From assembly GCA_965198325.1 (NCBI GenBank), contig CBDAPE010000019.1:335063-399062 (forward strand): a DNA stretch of 64,000 bases, read 5' to 3'. Shown here in pieces: positions 17,294 to 28,548 of this stretch; the stretch's first letter is position 1; each line of letters starts with the position of its first letter. Both the position numbers and the translations under genes were made by a program. The notes below the pieces were generated by a model. That model searched no databases and was not told the origin of the DNA. It worked only from the letters and a program-made list of their open reading frames with translations. This DNA comes from Alphaproteobacteria bacterium (GTDB taxonomy: Bacteria; Pseudomonadota; Alphaproteobacteria; UBA828; JAPUJA01).

Positions 17294-17751
17294 TCGGTGG
17301 TCACCTCCGCCCCGCTGCGGTCCATCGCCGCGGTCATGGTATGCCAAGCAAGTGTCGCGCATTTGACGCGCATGGGAAATTCGCGCACCCCTGAGAGCAC
17401 GAGAAGCCGCTCGAAATCGGGATCGTCCAGATCGTCGTCGCTGATCTCGACATCGCCGGCGACAAGCCCGTGGAATCGGTCGAACAGGGTGCGAACCTGT
17501 TCTTCAGTCTTGCCCTTGAGGACCTCGGTCATCAACGAGGCGGACGCCATCGAGATCGCGCAGCCCGCGCCTTCGAAGCCGGCGTCCTTGATCGTATCGT
17601 CCTCGATCTTGAGGTAGATATGCACCTTGTCGCCGCAAAGCGGGTTGTAGCCGTCGCAATCCCGGTTGGCGCCCTCGGGCCGCGCGAAGTTACGCGGACG
17701 CTTGCCATGATCGAGGATAACCTCTTGATATAACTCGCGAAGCTCCGACAT
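17290..17751 (-). CDS. SUF-system NifU-N-like sulfur acceptor/scaffold (SufU/IscU-like)
   Basis: 153 aa. NPLCGD motif and GAGCAIS cysteine. Confidence 0.8.
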   Translation of the reverse strand: MSELRELYQEVILDHGKRPRNFARPEGANRDCDGYNPLCGDKVHIYLKIEDDTIKDAGFEGAGCAISMASASLMTEVLKGKTEEQVRTLFDRFHGLVAGDVEISDDDLDDPDFERLLVLSGVREFPMRVKCATLAWHTMTAAMDRSGAEVTTE

Positions 17752-19019
17752 CAGCCAAAAATCCTTTTGACTTCTCGCAGGCCCTCGACGAGTGCATCGG
17801 CATCGGCCCGGGTGTTGTACATCCCGAAGGACGCCCGCACCGTACCCGTGATACCGAAATGATCCATCAGGGGCTGGGCGCAGTGGTGGCCCACGCGGAC
17901 GGCGACGCCCGCCTGATCGAGGATCGTGCCGACATCGTGGGAATGCACGCCGTCGACAAGGAAGGAGACGATACTCGCCCGGCGCTGGGCCGTGCCCAGT
18001 AGCCGCACGCCCTCGACCTCTCCAAGCTGGCCGAGCACGTAGTCGAGGAGCGATTCCTCATGGGCCAGCACTGCCATACGGTCGAACGACGATACGTAAT
18101 CAACCGCTGCGCCGAGCCCGATCGAGCCCGCGATGTTCGGCGTTCCCGCCTCGAATTTACCCGGCGGATCGGCAAAGACGGTCTTCTCGAACGTAACGGT
18201 CTTGATCATTTCGCCGCCACCCTGGTAGGGCGGCATCGCATCGAGGTGCTCCGACTTGCCGTAGAGCACGCCGATACCGCTGGGGCCATACAGCTTGTGA
18301 CCCGAGAAGGTGTAAAAATCCACGTCGAGCGCCTGAACGTCGACGGGTATATGCGGCACCGCCTGGCAGCCGTCGAGCAGAACGGGAACGCCCTGGTCGT
18401 GGGCCAGAGCGATGATGTCCTCGGCGGGGGTGATTGTGCCCAGCGCGTTCGAGGCATGGGTGATCGCAACGAGCTTCGTCCTGGGGCCGAGCAGACGGCC
18501 AAATTCCTCCATGACGAGCTCGCCCCGCTCGTTAATCGGCGCGACGCGCAACTCGATGCCGGTTCGATCCCGCAGCAGCTGCCAGGGCACGATGTTCGAA
18601 TGATGCTCAAGCGTCGACAGGACGATTTCGTCGCCAGGACCGAAATTCGCGCCGCCATAGCTGGCCGCAACCAGATTGATCGCTTCGGTGGCGCCCCGGG
18701 TGAAGACGATCTGGTGCTCGCTCGCCGCGTTCACGAAGCGGGCGACCTTGCGCCGAGCCTCCTCGAACGCCTCCGTGGTCTTGGCGCTCAGATAATAGAC
18801 GCCCCGATGGACATTGGCATATTGATGCTCGTAGCACCCGGCCACCGAATCGATTACGGCCCGCGGCTTCTGGGCGCTCGCCGCGCTATCGAGAAAGACA
18901 AGCAGCTTGCCGTGGACCTCGCGCGCAAGAATTGGGAAGTCCGCACGGACCTGCTCGGCGTCGTAGCCTGCCGGTGCGGGCGGCGTGCTATTTATGACCT
19001 GTTCCGTCGCCGCCATCAC
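17751..19019 (-). CDS. sufS: cysteine desulfurase SufS
   Basis: 422 aa class-V aminotransferase. PLP-lysine region SGHKLYGP, catalytic Cys loop RVGHHCAQP. Confidence 0.9.
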   Translation of the reverse strand: MMAATEQVINSTPPAPAGYDAEQVRADFPILAREVHGKLLVFLDSAASAQKPRAVIDSVAGCYEHQYANVHRGVYYLSAKTTEAFEEARRKVARFVNAASEHQIVFTRGATEAINLVAASYGGANFGPGDEIVLSTLEHHSNIVPWQLLRDRTGIELRVAPINERGELVMEEFGRLLGPRTKLVAITHASNALGTITPAEDIIALAHDQGVPVLLDGCQAVPHIPVDVQALDVDFYTFSGHKLYGPSGIGVLYGKSEHLDAMPPYQGGGEMIKTVTFEKTVFADPPGKFEAGTPNIAGSIGLGAAVDYVSSFDRMAVLAHEESLLDYVLGQLGEVEGVRLLGTAQRRASIVSFLVDGVHSHDVGTILDQAGVAVRVGHHCAQPLMDHFGITGTVRASFGMYNTRADADALVEGLREVKRIFG

Positions 19020-20347
19020 GCCGCCTCGCCCGCCGCCAGCCAGCGGGCAACCTCGCCGCTTAGCGAAGTCCGGAGCGGCTCGATTTCGACCGGAGCGATA
19101 ACCTCATCCATGAAAGCCTCGATCAACAGGTGGCGGGCGCGGGCTTCGGCGATGCCGCGGCTGCAAAAGTAGAACAATGCATCGTCGTCAAGCTCGCCGG
19201 CCGTCGCGCCGTGGCTGCATTTCACGTCGTCGGCGAAGATTTCCAGCTCGGGCTTGGTGTCGATCTCAGCCTTGTCGGAAAGCAGCAGCGTCCGGCTGAG
19301 TTGATGGCCGTCGGTTTTCTGGGCGTCGGGCCGCACGACGATCTTGCCCTGAAATACGCCGTGTGCAGATTCGTCCAGTACGTTCTTGTAGATCTCGCGG
19401 CTGGTGCAACGGGGGTGGGCATGATCGATCAGCGTGGTTGCATCGGCATGCTGCGCACCCCGCAGCAGGGTTCCGCCGGTGAGACTGCATTCGCCGTTCG
19501 GCCCCTCGAAACTCGCATGGATCTCGTTCCGGGACAGCGCGGCGCCGCCGGTCATGACGAAATTGGCGTAGCGGCTGCCCGCAGCCAGACGCGCGCGGGT
19601 CAGGGCGACGTGATAGCTGCTCCTGGCTTCGTTCTGCAGCTTGTAATGAGCGAGTGATGCGCCCTCACCGAGCTCGATCTCCGCCAACGGATTCGACCAG
19701 TAAGATGCCGCCGGATCGACCGATAAATGGCTCTCAATCAGCGTCGCGCGGGTGTTGCGTTCGGCGACAACGAGCAGACGAGGATGGAAGGCGGCCCGGG
19801 CGGTTCCGGCACTCGCGACGGAGACGACGTGAACCGGCTCGTCCAACGCGACACCGTCGCCAAGCCGCAGTACGCAACCATCGCCCATGAAGGCGGTGTT
19901 CAGCGCGACCAGAGCGTTGCCGTTGAGCGGCGCAATTTGGCCCAGATGGTCCTCAAGCCAGCCTGAGCCGTCGGCGAGTACGCTGGCGAGACCGGTGAGC
20001 GTTACGCCCTCGGGCAGCGTGCCAATAGCCGAGCGGGCAGCATCGAAGCGACCGTTTACGAAAACGAGCCGATGCGCGGGCACGTCGCCAAGCAACGCCG
20101 CACCAGGGGTTTCGCTCGCGGTCAGCCGGGCGGCATCCGCCGGTGCGAATCCGGCCGCCGCAAGACCTGTGAGGCTGGTGTATTTCCACTCTTCGACTTT
20201 CTGGCTCGGCAGTCCCTGATCGCGCAGCCGATCGATGGCGTCGGCTCGCAATTTCGCGAGCCACGGCCGCGTCGCACCAGGCAGGTCATCGCGCAAATTC
20301 TCGAAGCACTCGGCGTAATCAAGCGCGATGGAGCGTTTTAGGGCCAT
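19016..20347 (-). CDS. sufD: Fe-S cluster assembly protein SufD
   Basis: 443 aa. Sits between sufC and sufS. Shows SufBD-family C-terminal conservation. Confidence 0.85.
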   Translation of the reverse strand: MALKRSIALDYAECFENLRDDLPGATRPWLAKLRADAIDRLRDQGLPSQKVEEWKYTSLTGLAAAGFAPADAARLTASETPGAALLGDVPAHRLVFVNGRFDAARSAIGTLPEGVTLTGLASVLADGSGWLEDHLGQIAPLNGNALVALNTAFMGDGCVLRLGDGVALDEPVHVVSVASAGTARAAFHPRLLVVAERNTRATLIESHLSVDPAASYWSNPLAEIELGEGASLAHYKLQNEARSSYHVALTRARLAAGSRYANFVMTGGAALSRNEIHASFEGPNGECSLTGGTLLRGAQHADATTLIDHAHPRCTSREIYKNVLDESAHGVFQGKIVVRPDAQKTDGHQLSRTLLLSDKAEIDTKPELEIFADDVKCSHGATAGELDDDALFYFCSRGIAEARARHLLIEAFMDEVIAPVEIEPLRTSLSGEVARWLAAGEAA

Positions 20348-20377
20348 GATCGATGATCTCCGCTTTCGTCCGGCCGG

Positions 20378-21136
20378 TTAGGCAGCGCTCGCCGCAGGCT
20401 CGCCATATTCGGCGTAGCCCTTTTCCTCGAGCTCGAGCGCCAGCTCTTTGCCGCCCGAGCGCGCGATCTTTCCGTGGGCCAGGACGTGAACCCTGTCGGG
20501 CACGATGTAATTGAGCAGCCGCTGGTAATGGGTGATCACGATGATCGCGCGATCCGGCGAGCGGAGCCGGTTGACCCCATCGGCCGCGATCTTCAGGGCG
20601 TCGATGTCCAGTCCGGAATCGGTTTCGTCGAGCACCGCCAGCCTCGGCTCAAGCAGGGCCATCTGAAGCACTTCGTTGCGCTTCTTTTCACCGCCCGAAG
20701 CACCGACGTTAAACGCCCGCTTGAGCAACTCCTCGCCGATCCCAAGTTCCTTGCGTTTTACACGGATCAGCTTGAGGAATTCCATCGCGTCGAGCTCTGG
20801 TTCACCCCGGTGTCTGCGAACAGCGTTGACGCATTCCTTGAGGAAGGTGTTGGTTCCCACGCCGGGAATCTCGACGGGATACTGGAAGGCCAGGAAGATA
20901 CCCTCGCGCGCCCGGTCTTCGGGGTCCATTCCCAAGAGGTCATGGCCTTCGTAGGTGACCGCGCCTTCGGTGACCTCGTAGCCGTCCCGTCCGGAGAGGA
21001 TGTAGGAGAGCGTGCTCTTGCCCGATCCGTTCGGGCCCATGATGGCGTGGACCTCGCCGGCCTTTACCTCTAGGTCGACGCCCTTGAGGATCTCCTTGCC
21101 GCCTACGGTCACATGCAGAGCCTTAATCGAGAGCAT
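20378..21136 (-). CDS. sufC: Fe-S cluster assembly ATPase SufC
   Basis: 252 aa. Walker A GPNGSGKST, ABC signature, Walker B LAVLDETDSGLD. Confidence 0.92.
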   Translation of the reverse strand: MLSIKALHVTVGGKEILKGVDLEVKAGEVHAIMGPNGSGKSTLSYILSGRDGYEVTEGAVTYEGHDLLGMDPEDRAREGIFLAFQYPVEIPGVGTNTFLKECVNAVRRHRGEPELDAMEFLKLIRVKRKELGIGEELLKRAFNVGASGGEKKRNEVLQMALLEPRLAVLDETDSGLDIDALKIAADGVNRLRSPDRAIIVITHYQRLLNYIVPDRVHVLAHGKIARSGGKELALELEEKGYAEYGEPAASAA

Positions 21137-21173
21137 CCGGAAGCCCTTCTAATCTTACAAGAGTTTCAATCAG

Positions 21174-22637
<1,464 letters not shown>

Positions 22638-22638
22638 T

Positions 22639-23112
22639 CTATTTCACCATTCCAGGAACGGAGTTTTGGGACGCGTTATCGTCCGCGCCGACCGGCAGGG
22701 CGAAGCTCGGCAGACAAACCATCTGGGCAAGCGAGATACCTTCGAGCGCCGTCTGAATGGCGTCGCTGACGTTCTGCCACGGACCGCGAATCGGGCAGAT
22801 ATGCTCGATACCGCAGATTCCGTCGGACCCCTCAAGGCAATCGGCCAGAGCGATCGGCCCATCGACAGCACGGATAATCTCGGCAACCGAGATCTCCAAA
22901 GGCGAACGATGCATGCTGTAGCCACCCTTCGCCCCCCGGTGGGATTCGAGAATCCCGTCGTGCGCGAACTGCTTGAGCAACTTGCTAACGGTCGGCGCGG
23001 GCAGTTGGGTGGACGCGGCAATTTCCGCGGCTGTGATATGGCGGCCCGGTTCCCGCGCGACCTGGCTCAGCACCACGACGCCGTAATCTGCCATGCGGCT
23101 AACACGAATCAT
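22639..23112 (-). CDS. iscR: Rrf2-family transcriptional regulator, IscR-like (3 Cys + His cluster ligands)
   Basis: Start trimmed to [15 protein letters not shown] (Rrf2 N-terminus). HTH region, then [21 protein letters not shown]. First gene of the suf operon. Confidence 0.75.
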   Translation of the reverse strand: MIRVSRMADYGVVVLSQVAREPGRHITAAEIAASTQLPAPTVSKLLKQFAHDGILESHRGAKGGYSMHRSPLEISVAEIIRAVDGPIALADCLEGSDGICGIEHICPIRGPWQNVSDAIQTALEGISLAQMVCLPSFALPVGADDNASQNSVPGMVK

Positions 23113-23329
23113 GCTTTCGCACTCCCACTCAACCGGCAATATCCCAAAACAGACCGATTTGGTACGATTTATTTGTTGCATCGGGCCGCGTCTGTCAAGT
23201 CTCCAGAGCAAATGAATTTTTCGCAATTCGATTTGGTGTGTCACCGGACCTCATCTGCGATGTCACCGGGCAACCAATCGGGCTAGAATTCGATCACGCA
23301 CGGGGAATCCAAAGGGGGCTTTATCCGGC

Positions 23330-24421
23330 ATGCGGATATCCGCGCTAAAAACAGTCTGCGTCGAGTTGCCGATCGAGAAGCCTGTCGCCACGGCAATTCA
23401 CGACATCCGCTCGATCGGCGCTGTGCTGGTTTTTCTCGAGACGGATGAGGGTGCAACGGGAGAGAGCTACCTCTTTTCCCTGAGCGGGAAGCGCCTGAAG
23501 ATTCTCGACGCCATGGTCGAAAGCCTCCGTCCCCTGATCATCGGCGCCAATCCGTGCGACCCCGAGGCGATCTGGGAGGCGATCTGGCGGGATATCAATT
23601 TCTTCGGCCACAAGGGCATCGCCGTGTTCGGACTCTCGGCCATCGACACTGCCTGCTGGGATGCGGCCGGCAAGGCGGCGGGACGACCGCTTCTGGACCG
23701 GCTGGGCGCGGTCCGGGACCGGGTTCCGGTCTATGCCAGCGGCGGGCTGTGGCTGAACAGCGAGGCCGAGGCCTTGGCGGAGGAAGCGATGGACTTCGTG
23801 GCAACCGGCTTTCGGGCGGTCAAGCTCCGCATCGGCCGTCCCGCGATCGACGAGGATGTCGCCCGGGTCGCGGCGGTGCGCGAGGCGATTGGCCCGGATA
23901 TCGCGCTTATGGTGGATGCCAATCAGGGCCTGTCGCACAAGCACGCGATCGAGCTCGGTCATCGGATTGCAGCATTCGATCTTACCTGGTTCGAGGAGCC
24001 CGTGCCGGTCTACGACCGCGCGGGCAACCACGCGGTCGGCGCGGCGCTCGAGATGCCGCTGGCGGGCGGCGAAACCGAATACACCCGATACGGCTTTCGC
24101 GACCTGATCGAAGCAAAGACCGCCCACGTGATGATGCCCGATCTCCAGCGGGTCGGCGGGATGACGGAGATGCTGCGGGTGGCCCAACTTTGCGCGGCCA
24201 ACGACCTGCCGGTCTCGCCCCATCTATTCACCGAGCACTGTCTGCAATTGCTCGGCAGCCTGCCCAACGGGACCTACCTGGAGCACATGCCGTGGTTCGC
24301 CCCGCTGTTCAACGAAACCCTGACCGTCGAGGACGGCACTATCGAGGTACCGCGCCGACCGGGTCTCGGTTTCACCTTCGACCGCAACGCCATCGAGCGC
24401 TATCGTATCGAGGTATCATGA
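23330..24421 (+). CDS. enolase-superfamily enzyme, mandelate racemase/muconate-lactonizing (MR/MLE) family
   Basis: 363 aa. Metal-ligand pattern KLRIG...DANQG...EEP...D. Confidence 0.8.
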   Translation: MRISALKTVCVELPIEKPVATAIHDIRSIGAVLVFLETDEGATGESYLFSLSGKRLKILDAMVESLRPLIIGANPCDPEAIWEAIWRDINFFGHKGIAVFGLSAIDTACWDAAGKAAGRPLLDRLGAVRDRVPVYASGGLWLNSEAEALAEEAMDFVATGFRAVKLRIGRPAIDEDVARVAAVREAIGPDIALMVDANQGLSHKHAIELGHRIAAFDLTWFEEPVPVYDRAGNHAVGAALEMPLAGGETEYTRYGFRDLIEAKTAHVMMPDLQRVGGMTEMLRVAQLCAANDLPVSPHLFTEHCLQLLGSLPNGTYLEHMPWFAPLFNETLTVEDGTIEVPRRPGLGFTFDRNAIERYRIEVS

Positions 24422-25527
24422 AGATCACGGGAATTACCACCGACATCATTTCGCTGCCCTTCGACCATGGCGGGCCGCCGGTCGGCTGGGGTGGGCGCGC
24501 CTGGACGCGGCTCGATACGCTGCTGGTCCGGGTCGATACGGACGACGGGCTCTCCGGGTACGGCGAAGCGTTCGGCTATAATGCGATTCCCGCAACCAAG
24601 GCGGCGCTCGAAACCATGATCGCGCCCCTGCTCTTGGGGCGGGACGCGAGCGACATCGAGCAGCTGACCATCGAGCTACAGCGCACGCTCCATCTGTTCG
24701 GCCGCTACGGCGTCACCATGTTCGCGCTCTCGGGACTCGACATCGCCCTGTGGGACCTGGCGGGCAAGCGCGCCGATCTGCCGCTCCATCGCCTGTTGGG
24801 CGCCGCCCAGCGGGACGAGATTCCCGCCTATGCGAGCCTGTTCCGCTACGCCGACCCGGCGCTTGCCGTGGAACGGGCCGGCGACGCGATCGAGGAGGGT
24901 TATCCACAGATCAAGCTGCACGAAACCGACCCGGCGATCGTCGAGGCGGTTCGCGGGGCGCACGGCGACGAGCTGCCTCTCATGCTCAATGTCAATTGTG
25001 CCTGGTCGATCGCCCAGGCCTTCGAGGCAGCGGATCGGCTTATCCCCTGCAACCTGCTGTGGCTCGAAGAGCCCCTCTGGCCGCCGGAGGACTACAAGGC
25101 GCTGGCCCGGCTCCGCTACAGCGGCGGAATTCCGACCGCGGCCGGCGAGAACGCGTGTACCAGCATCGAGTTCGAACGGATGCTGGAGATCGGCGCAGTC
25201 GCCTATGCCCAGCCGAGCGTCACCAAGCTCGGCGGGATCACGGAATTCCGGGCCGCAACCCTGGTCGCGCGGGAGCACAACTGCCTGATCGCGCCCCACT
25301 CGCCCTATTTCGGGCCCGGCCTGCTCGCCACCCTGCAGCTGCTGGCTGCGAGCCCGCAGGACGCCCATGTCGAGCGCTTCTTCTGTGCCCTGGAAGCCGA
25401 TCTCTACGACGGCGCGCTCGATCCGGTCGACGGCCTGATTCGGGTACCCGATGGGCCGGGGCTGGGGCTCGACCCCGACCCGGATATCATCGAGGCCTAT
25501 CGCGCCACGGAGGAGCCGCTGCAGTGA
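24418..25527 (+). CDS. second MR/MLE-family enolase-superfamily paralogue
   Basis: ATG at 24418 overlaps the upstream stop (ATGA). 369 aa (MKITGITTDIISLPFDHGG...); motifs IKLHE, LNVNCAW, LEEP. Confidence 0.8.
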   Translation: MKITGITTDIISLPFDHGGPPVGWGGRAWTRLDTLLVRVDTDDGLSGYGEAFGYNAIPATKAALETMIAPLLLGRDASDIEQLTIELQRTLHLFGRYGVTMFALSGLDIALWDLAGKRADLPLHRLLGAAQRDEIPAYASLFRYADPALAVERAGDAIEEGYPQIKLHETDPAIVEAVRGAHGDELPLMLNVNCAWSIAQAFEAADRLIPCNLLWLEEPLWPPEDYKALARLRYSGGIPTAAGENACTSIEFERMLEIGAVAYAQPSVTKLGGITEFRAATLVAREHNCLIAPHSPYFGPGLLATLQLLAASPQDAHVERFFCALEADLYDGALDPVDGLIRVPDGPGLGLDPDPDIIEAYRATEEPLQ

Positions 25528-25586
25528 GCCTTCGCGCTCGACAGGACAGCGCACGGCCCGACAGGCAAGACGAGGCCCGCGAGCGC

Positions 25587-25661
25587 ATGATCGAGCTGAT
25601 CGACGGCTGGTTCGAAAACCACCCGGAAATGACGGCAGAGCAAGAGGAGCCCCGCGCATGA
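25587..25661 (+). CDS. possible 24-aa micro-ORF (MIELIDGWFENHPEMTAEQEEPRA)
   Basis: Fills the gap between the second MR/MLE gene and the dehydrogenase. Its TGA overlaps the downstream ATG (ATGA). No strong SD. Confidence 0.2.
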   Translation: MIELIDGWFENHPEMTAEQEEPRA

Positions 25662-26569
25662 AAATCGGGTTTATCGGGCTGGGCACCATGGGCGGACCCA
25701 TGGCGCTCAACCTGATCAAGGCGGGACACAGCCTCGCAGTCTGCGACCTGGAGCCCACAAGAGCCGAACCTCATCTCGCCGCCGGCGCAATCTGGGCCGC
25801 GAGCGCCGAGGCTTGCGCGGGCGGAGTCGAGACCGTGATCACGTCGCTTCCGGGGCCGCCGCAGGTCGACCGGCTCGCTCACGGCGAAGACGGCTTGCTC
25901 GCGGGACTTACGCCGGGCCAGGCCTGGATCGACACCACGACGAGCGAGGTTTCACTGACCCGAACGCTCGCGGGCGAAGTCGAGGTAACCGGCGCCGCAA
26001 TGCTCGATGCGCCGGTCACCGGCGCGGTCGACGGCGCGCGCCAGGGCACGCTCACGCTCTTCGTGGGCGGGCCTGCTCCGCTGGTCGAGGCCCAGCGCCC
26101 CGCGCTCGAGCCGACGGGCCGGGTGATCCATTGCGGCGAGCTGGGCACCGGCCTCGTGGTCAAGCTGGTCACCAACATGCTGTGGTTCATTCATGCCGCG
26201 GCGCTGGGCGAGGGGCTGGTGCTGGGCAGCCGGGGCGGCGTCGAGCTGGGAACGCTATGGGAAGCGATCCAGGCGAGCGTGGGCGACAGCTTCGTCGCCC
26301 GGCACGACGCGCCGTCAATTTTCGCGGGCCACTACGATCCCTCGTTCCCGCTCGATCTATGCCTCAAGGATCTCGGCCTGATCAACGGGCTGGCCGATGC
26401 GCTGGCGGTTCCGGTTCCGCTCGCCAAGCGGACGGAACGCCTGTACGAGACGGCCCGGAAACGCTACGGAGGCGACGCGGGCGAGCTTCATGTGGTTCGC
26501 CAGCTCGAGGATGAGACGGGTGCGAGCTTGCGTCTCGCTGGCGACTGGACGCCCCCCTGGGAGCAGTAA
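25658..26569 (+). CDS. NAD(P)-dependent beta-hydroxyacid dehydrogenase (3-hydroxyisobutyrate dehydrogenase / GarR family)
   Basis: Starts MKIGFIGLGTMGGPMALNL (Rossmann). 303 aa. Confidence 0.85.
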   Translation: MKIGFIGLGTMGGPMALNLIKAGHSLAVCDLEPTRAEPHLAAGAIWAASAEACAGGVETVITSLPGPPQVDRLAHGEDGLLAGLTPGQAWIDTTTSEVSLTRTLAGEVEVTGAAMLDAPVTGAVDGARQGTLTLFVGGPAPLVEAQRPALEPTGRVIHCGELGTGLVVKLVTNMLWFIHAAALGEGLVLGSRGGVELGTLWEAIQASVGDSFVARHDAPSIFAGHYDPSFPLDLCLKDLGLINGLADALAVPVPLAKRTERLYETARKRYGGDAGELHVVRQLEDETGASLRLAGDWTPPWEQ

Positions 26570-26635
26570 AGGGCTCGATTTTTTGCCAGGGGGGCTTTAG
26601 AAGGGTCCCGATCCCTTCAATCCAGCAGAGGCTCG

Positions 26636-27997
26636 ATGATCCCGCGCTATTCCCGCCCCGAGATGGCTCGCATCTGGGAGCCCGAGAACCGGTTCGCGAT
26701 CTGGTACGAGATCGAGGCGCTCGCCTGCGAGGCGCAAGCCGAGCTCGGCGTGATCCCGAAGAAGGCGGCGCGGGCCGTGCGCAAGGCGGGACGCTCGCGC
26801 ATGAAGCAGATCACCGATCCGGTGCGGATCGACGCGATCGAGCGCAAGACCCGGCACGACGTGATTGCGTTTCTCACCAACCTGGCCGGCGAAGTTGGCC
26901 CGGACGCGCGCTTCGTCCACCGGGGCATGACCTCGTCGGACGTGATCGACACCGGCTTTTCGGTGCAGCTCGTCGAGGCCACCGACCTGCTGCTGGTCGA
27001 CATCGACGGGCTGCTCGGTGCGCTCGAACGGCGGGCCTTCGAGCACAAGACGACGCTGTGCGTCGGTCGCAGCCATGGAATTCACGCCGAGCCCACCACC
27101 TTCGGGCTCAAGCTCGCCGGATTTTACGCCGAGTTCGCCCGCAACCGGCGACGCCTGGAAGCGGCGCGCCATGACGTGGGGGCTTGCGCAATCTCGGGCC
27201 CCGTCGGCAGCTTCGCCTCGGTCGATCCGCGCGTGGAGGCTTATGTCGCCGACAAGCTGGGGCTCGCCGTCGAGCCGGTCTCGACCCAGATCATCCCACG
27301 GGACCGGCATGCGAATTTTTTCGCGACGCTCGGGGTGGTAGCGAGCTCGCTCGAGCGTCTAGCGGTCGAAATCCGCCACCTCCAGCGCACCGAAGTACGC
27401 GAGGCGGAGGAATTTTTCGCGCCCGGCCAGAAGGGCAGCTCGGCGATGCCCCACAAGCGCAACCCGATCCTGACCGAAAACGTGACGGGGCTCGCGCGGA
27501 TCGTGCGCTCGGCCGTGCTGCCCGCGATGGAAAATGTGGCCCTGTGGCACGAGCGCGACATTTCCCACTCGTCGGTCGAGCGGATGATCGGGCCGGACGC
27601 GACGGTGACGCTGGATTTCGCGCTGGTGCGCATGGCGGGCGTGGTCGAGACCCTGCTGGTCTATCCGGAGCGCATGCAGACCAACCTCGACGCGTTGGGC
27701 GGGCTGGTCTTCTCTCAGCGGGTCCTGCTGGCGCTGATCCAGGCGGGGATGAGCCGGGAGACGGCCTATCGAGCGGTCCAAAGCAATTCCATGGCGGTCT
27801 GGAAGACGGGCGGCGATTTCCGCGCCCGGCTCGCGTCCGATCCGGCGGTCGCCACGCTGCTCGACGACGCCGCGTTCGACGAAATCTTCGACGCCCGCGC
27901 CTATCTCGGCCAAGTCGACAAAATCTTCAAACGGGTGTTCGGGCGCGCGAAGACGGGAAAGCGCCGCCGCAAGGTCGAACCGCGAGGAAAAAAATAG
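26636..27997 (+). CDS. purB: adenylosuccinate lyase
   Basis: 453 aa. MIPRYSRPEM...; fumarate-lyase signature GSSAMPHKRNP. Confidence 0.92.
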   Translation: MIPRYSRPEMARIWEPENRFAIWYEIEALACEAQAELGVIPKKAARAVRKAGRSRMKQITDPVRIDAIERKTRHDVIAFLTNLAGEVGPDARFVHRGMTSSDVIDTGFSVQLVEATDLLLVDIDGLLGALERRAFEHKTTLCVGRSHGIHAEPTTFGLKLAGFYAEFARNRRRLEAARHDVGACAISGPVGSFASVDPRVEAYVADKLGLAVEPVSTQIIPRDRHANFFATLGVVASSLERLAVEIRHLQRTEVREAEEFFAPGQKGSSAMPHKRNPILTENVTGLARIVRSAVLPAMENVALWHERDISHSSVERMIGPDATVTLDFALVRMAGVVETLLVYPERMQTNLDALGGLVFSQRVLLALIQAGMSRETAYRAVQSNSMAVWKTGGDFRARLASDPAVATLLDDAAFDEIFDARAYLGQVDKIFKRVFGRAKTGKRRRKVEPRGKK

Positions 27998-28104
27998 ACG
28001 GCTGCGCCCATCTCGTGCGTGTCACGGCGCTCGATTAGGGTTCCTGGAATGCCGAAACCGGAAGAAGCCTGACGCCAGGGTCTCGCGAACGATCAGAGGT
28101 CCGG

Positions 28105-28425
28105 CTACTGGGACCGGATTTGTGCCCGGGCCTCGACCATCAGCCGCTCCATCTCGCGGCGCAGGCGGTACTCATCCATCTCGATGTTCGCGGCCTGGCA
28201 ATCGGCCAACACCTTCTCGACGACGTCGGAATCGCCGGGCCGCTCGAAATCGGATTCGATGACTTCGCGGGCGTAAGACTGAGCCTCGTCACCGGAGATG
28301 CCCATCTGCTCGGCAATCCACAGCCCCAGAAGCTTGTTGCGGCGCGCGTTGGCCTTGAATTCGAGTTCCTTGTCGTGCTTCCACTTGGCTTCTTCGCCCT
28401 TCTTGCGGTCTTCGAATGCGCTCAT
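28105..28425 (-). CDS. F1Fo-ATPase inhibitor zeta subunit (DUF1476)
   Basis: 106 aa. Strong similarity to the Paracoccus zeta subunit pattern (FEDRKKGEEAKWKHDKELEFKANARRNKLLGLW...SDFERPGD). Confidence 0.8.
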   Translation of the reverse strand: MSAFEDRKKGEEAKWKHDKELEFKANARRNKLLGLWIAEQMGISGDEAQSYAREVIESDFERPGDSDVVEKVLADCQAANIEMDEYRLRREMERLMVEARAQIRSQ

Positions 28426-28548
28426 CGCCTTCCGATCTCCCTCATCGCCTGGATTTCACGTTATGCTGCCGGAGCGGCTGCGCCCGGTCTAACCCAACGG
28501 GCCAGCGAATCCAATCTCAAAATAGAGACAGCCGGCGTTGAGATAAGC

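Noticed and set aside
23554-24417. 657-aa ORF 23554..25527 as a single giant gene
   Set aside because: Its first 288 codons are an Arg/Gly-rich alternative frame of the first MR/MLE gene. The genuine second gene begins at ATG 24418 (MKITGITTD...).
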